DNA of 64,000 nt from Nitrospirales bacterium (GTDB taxonomy: Bacteria > Nitrospirota > Nitrospiria > Nitrospirales > UBA8639). The translations under genes and the position numbers were made by a program. This document shows positions 62,314-64,000 of this stretch, piece after piece. Each line of letters starts with the position of its first letter. The stretch's first letter is position 1. The notes under the pieces were generated by a model. The model was not told the origin of the DNA, ran no database searches, and saw nothing but the letters and a program-made list of their open reading frames with translations. The DNA lies in assembly GCA_963422365.1 (NCBI GenBank), contig OY729426.1, positions 864,001-928,000 on the forward strand. Reading direction: 5' to 3'.

Positions 62314-62763
62314 TTGCACATAGACTTAAGCAGGTACATAGACCCAAGTAAGTATATGGTTGCTGCACGGGTGCGTGAGGAATGGGTAGCGGAACTCCAA
62401 AGGAAGGGCATCTCTTTGCATGGGCACGGCACGCGGTATCAAACAGCGAGCGGGCAGTCCGTGATAGTAAAATTCAGTAACGAACGCCCTGAGGACACTT
62501 GGCCTTGGTGGCTAGGTCTTCCTGACGAGCTTCCGAATGTCACGGTGTTTTTATGCAAATCTGAGGCAGGCGAGCTCTACGATATTGTGCTGCCTGGCTC
62601 AGATTTGCATAAAGTATGGGATGTCTTCTCAAGAAGCAAGAACCCTGTCCAAGTGGAATTCCATGTCAAAAAGGATGCTGCTGACCGATTCTTACTGGGT
62701 GTTCCTGATGACAGTCCGCTGGATATTATGGGTTACATAGGCAACTATGCTCCACTTCGATAA
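62314..62763 (+). CDS. Hypothetical protein, possibly a 5'-truncated remnant
   Basis: 149-aa ORF of lower GC, TTG start; no family recognised. Confidence 0.45.
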   Translation: MHIDLSRYIDPSKYMVAARVREEWVAELQRKGISLHGHGTRYQTASGQSVIVKFSNERPEDTWPWWLGLPDELPNVTVFLCKSEAGELYDIVLPGSDLHKVWDVFSRSKNPVQVEFHVKKDAADRFLLGVPDDSPLDIMGYIGNYAPLR

Positions 62764-62860
62764 TACGGCCTAACCCTCGCGCCTATTGTGTACTCCAGCA
62801 TCCGATTCGATCCTCCAGAGCGGCAGGCGATCGTGGGCGTTGCCTGCATGAGTCAGCTTT

Positions 62861-62918
62861 TGTACATTTTCTTGTGCATGTTCTGTGGTTTTGATATACT
62901 TGTTCAATAATCTGTACA
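62861..62918. promoter_or_regulatory. YefM-YoeB operator-like palindromes
   Basis: TGTACA 62861 / TGTGCA 62873 and TGTTCA 62901 / TGTACA 62913, each pair spaced 12 bp. Confidence 0.6.
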
Positions 62919-62937
62919 ATTTAACATGGGGTTTCAT

Positions 62938-63192
62938 ATGCGTATTGTCTCATTTACCGAAGCAAGGAATGGTCTGAAATCAGTTCTTGATGGTGTGGTG
63001 AATGATGCTAACTGTGCCGTCATCACCCGTCGAGATGCAAAAGATGCTGTTGTGATGTCAATGGATTATTACAACAGCTTAATGGAAACCGTCCATTTAC
63101 TAAAATCACCAGCCAATGCTGCTCATTTGGCTCAATCAATCAAGCAATGTAAGACAGGGCAGGTCACTGAACGAGACATGATTGATGAGTAG
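62938..63192 (+). CDS. yefM: YefM/Phd antitoxin
   Basis: MRIVSFTEARNGLKSVLD...VITRR...AVVMS...METVHLLKSPANA. Confidence 0.93.
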   Translation: MRIVSFTEARNGLKSVLDGVVNDANCAVITRRDAKDAVVMSMDYYNSLMETVHLLKSPANAAHLAQSIKQCKTGQVTERDMIDE

Positions 63193-63445
63193 GACGTTAG
63201 CGTGGACCGACATGGCTTGGGATGATTATCTGTATTGGCAGCAACAAGATAAAAAAACACTCCAACGAATCAATCAATTGATAGCAGGGACAAAGCGTTC
63301 GCCGTTTGAAGGCATTGGTAAACCAGAGGCCTTGCAAGAGAATCTATCGGGGTGTTGGTCAAGACGTATAGATGAGTCTCATCGTTTGGTTTATGCTGTA
63401 GACGAGATCCGCATCACCGTCATTTCTTGTCGCTATCATTATTAA
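63185..63445 (+). CDS. yoeB: Txe/YoeB mRNA interferase toxin
   Basis: AWDDYLYWQ, PFEGIGKPE, WSRRIDESHRLVY and CRYHY. Confidence 0.95.
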   Translation: MSRTLAWTDMAWDDYLYWQQQDKKTLQRINQLIAGTKRSPFEGIGKPEALQENLSGCWSRRIDESHRLVYAVDEIRITVISCRYHY

Positions 63446-63638
63446 GCCTGACAACTGGCATTGAGTTAGATGACAAAAAGCTATCACCTTGATAGCGAAA
63501 AACGGAGTGAATTTTCGCTACGCTTCATTGCCCGCCGGTGAGCTTGCTCATTATGCATACAGGCTGATCGTCAAAGATGATGATAGAAGCGGCAGGCTCA
63601 GATTCAGATTCAAGTCAGTCAAGAAAAGGGATAAAACA

Positions 63639-63760
63639 ATGCCCAACGTAAAAGTACATCGACTGGCAAGATGATGACATGTGGTTCGGATTCTTTGAAG
63701 AATACCTCGACTGCTGGACGCAAGGCGAAACGAGAGAAGAAGAAAACCTAATGGACATTA
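63639..63760 (+). pseudogene. HicB-like antitoxin remnant
   Basis: After a frameshift reads WQDDDMWFGFFEEYLDCWTQGETREE, with the HicB-type TQGET motif. Confidence 0.55.
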
Positions 63761-63778
63761 GAAGCAACCTCATCATAT

Positions 63779-63850
63779 GTCATTCTGAGGAGCGTGCGAC
63801 GAAGAATCTCAATCCTTGCCCTAGATTTTTCGCCTACGGCTCAGAATGAC
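63779..63850. repeat. Palindromic miniature repeat element
   Basis: Outer IR gtcattctgag/ctcagaatgac and inner IR cgaagaatct/agatttttcg. Confidence 0.65.
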
Positions 63851-64000
63851 GTCAAGGAAAGGCGTGCAGAAAAAGGCCCTCATCCATTTATGAGATCGCC
63901 TATCGTTATTGTGAAAACTGAATGCCCGTCTCCTGTACCTCTCGGTACGGGAGCAACCACACGAGTGACTCATCATGAAGGTCGCCGACTTGGATGCGGT

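Overview
Bacterial chromosomal window, probably a Nitrospirota-like organism (inferred from gene content and style, not proven). It has three parts. (1) 1-18.4 kb: a two-component pair, a decayed RHH/PIN toxin-antitoxin pair, an intact type I-C CRISPR-Cas locus (cas3-cas5-cas8c-cas7-cas4-cas1-cas2) and an array of about 100 copies of a 37-bp repeat. (2) 18.4-34.2 kb, accessory DNA: a DUF1640-like gene, a dead cas4-cas1 fusion from a different CRISPR subtype, a scrambled GC-rich Mu-like prophage remnant, and a roughly 2,300-codon autotransporter-type adhesin interrupted by a 28-C tract and a 1-nt frameshift. (3) 34.3-64 kb, mostly core genes: peptidase C26, tatA-like, HEAT protein, Kef-type antiporter, leuDC, mreBCD-mrdA-rodA-rng-dprA-topB, clpX-clpP-tig-tRNA-Leu, tRNA-Ser-ffs-dnaX-ybaB-recR, yefM-yoeB. 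The most striking unannotated element is a ~130-bp cassette between cas3 and cas5. It contains a consensus sigma70 promoter, a miniature CRISPR repeat that keeps the exact 11-nt crRNA handle, a 16-nt guide identical to the promoter's own start region (next to a TTT PAM-like motif), and a strong 3' hairpin. This suggests a self-contained crRNA-like circuit that represses the Cascade operon.
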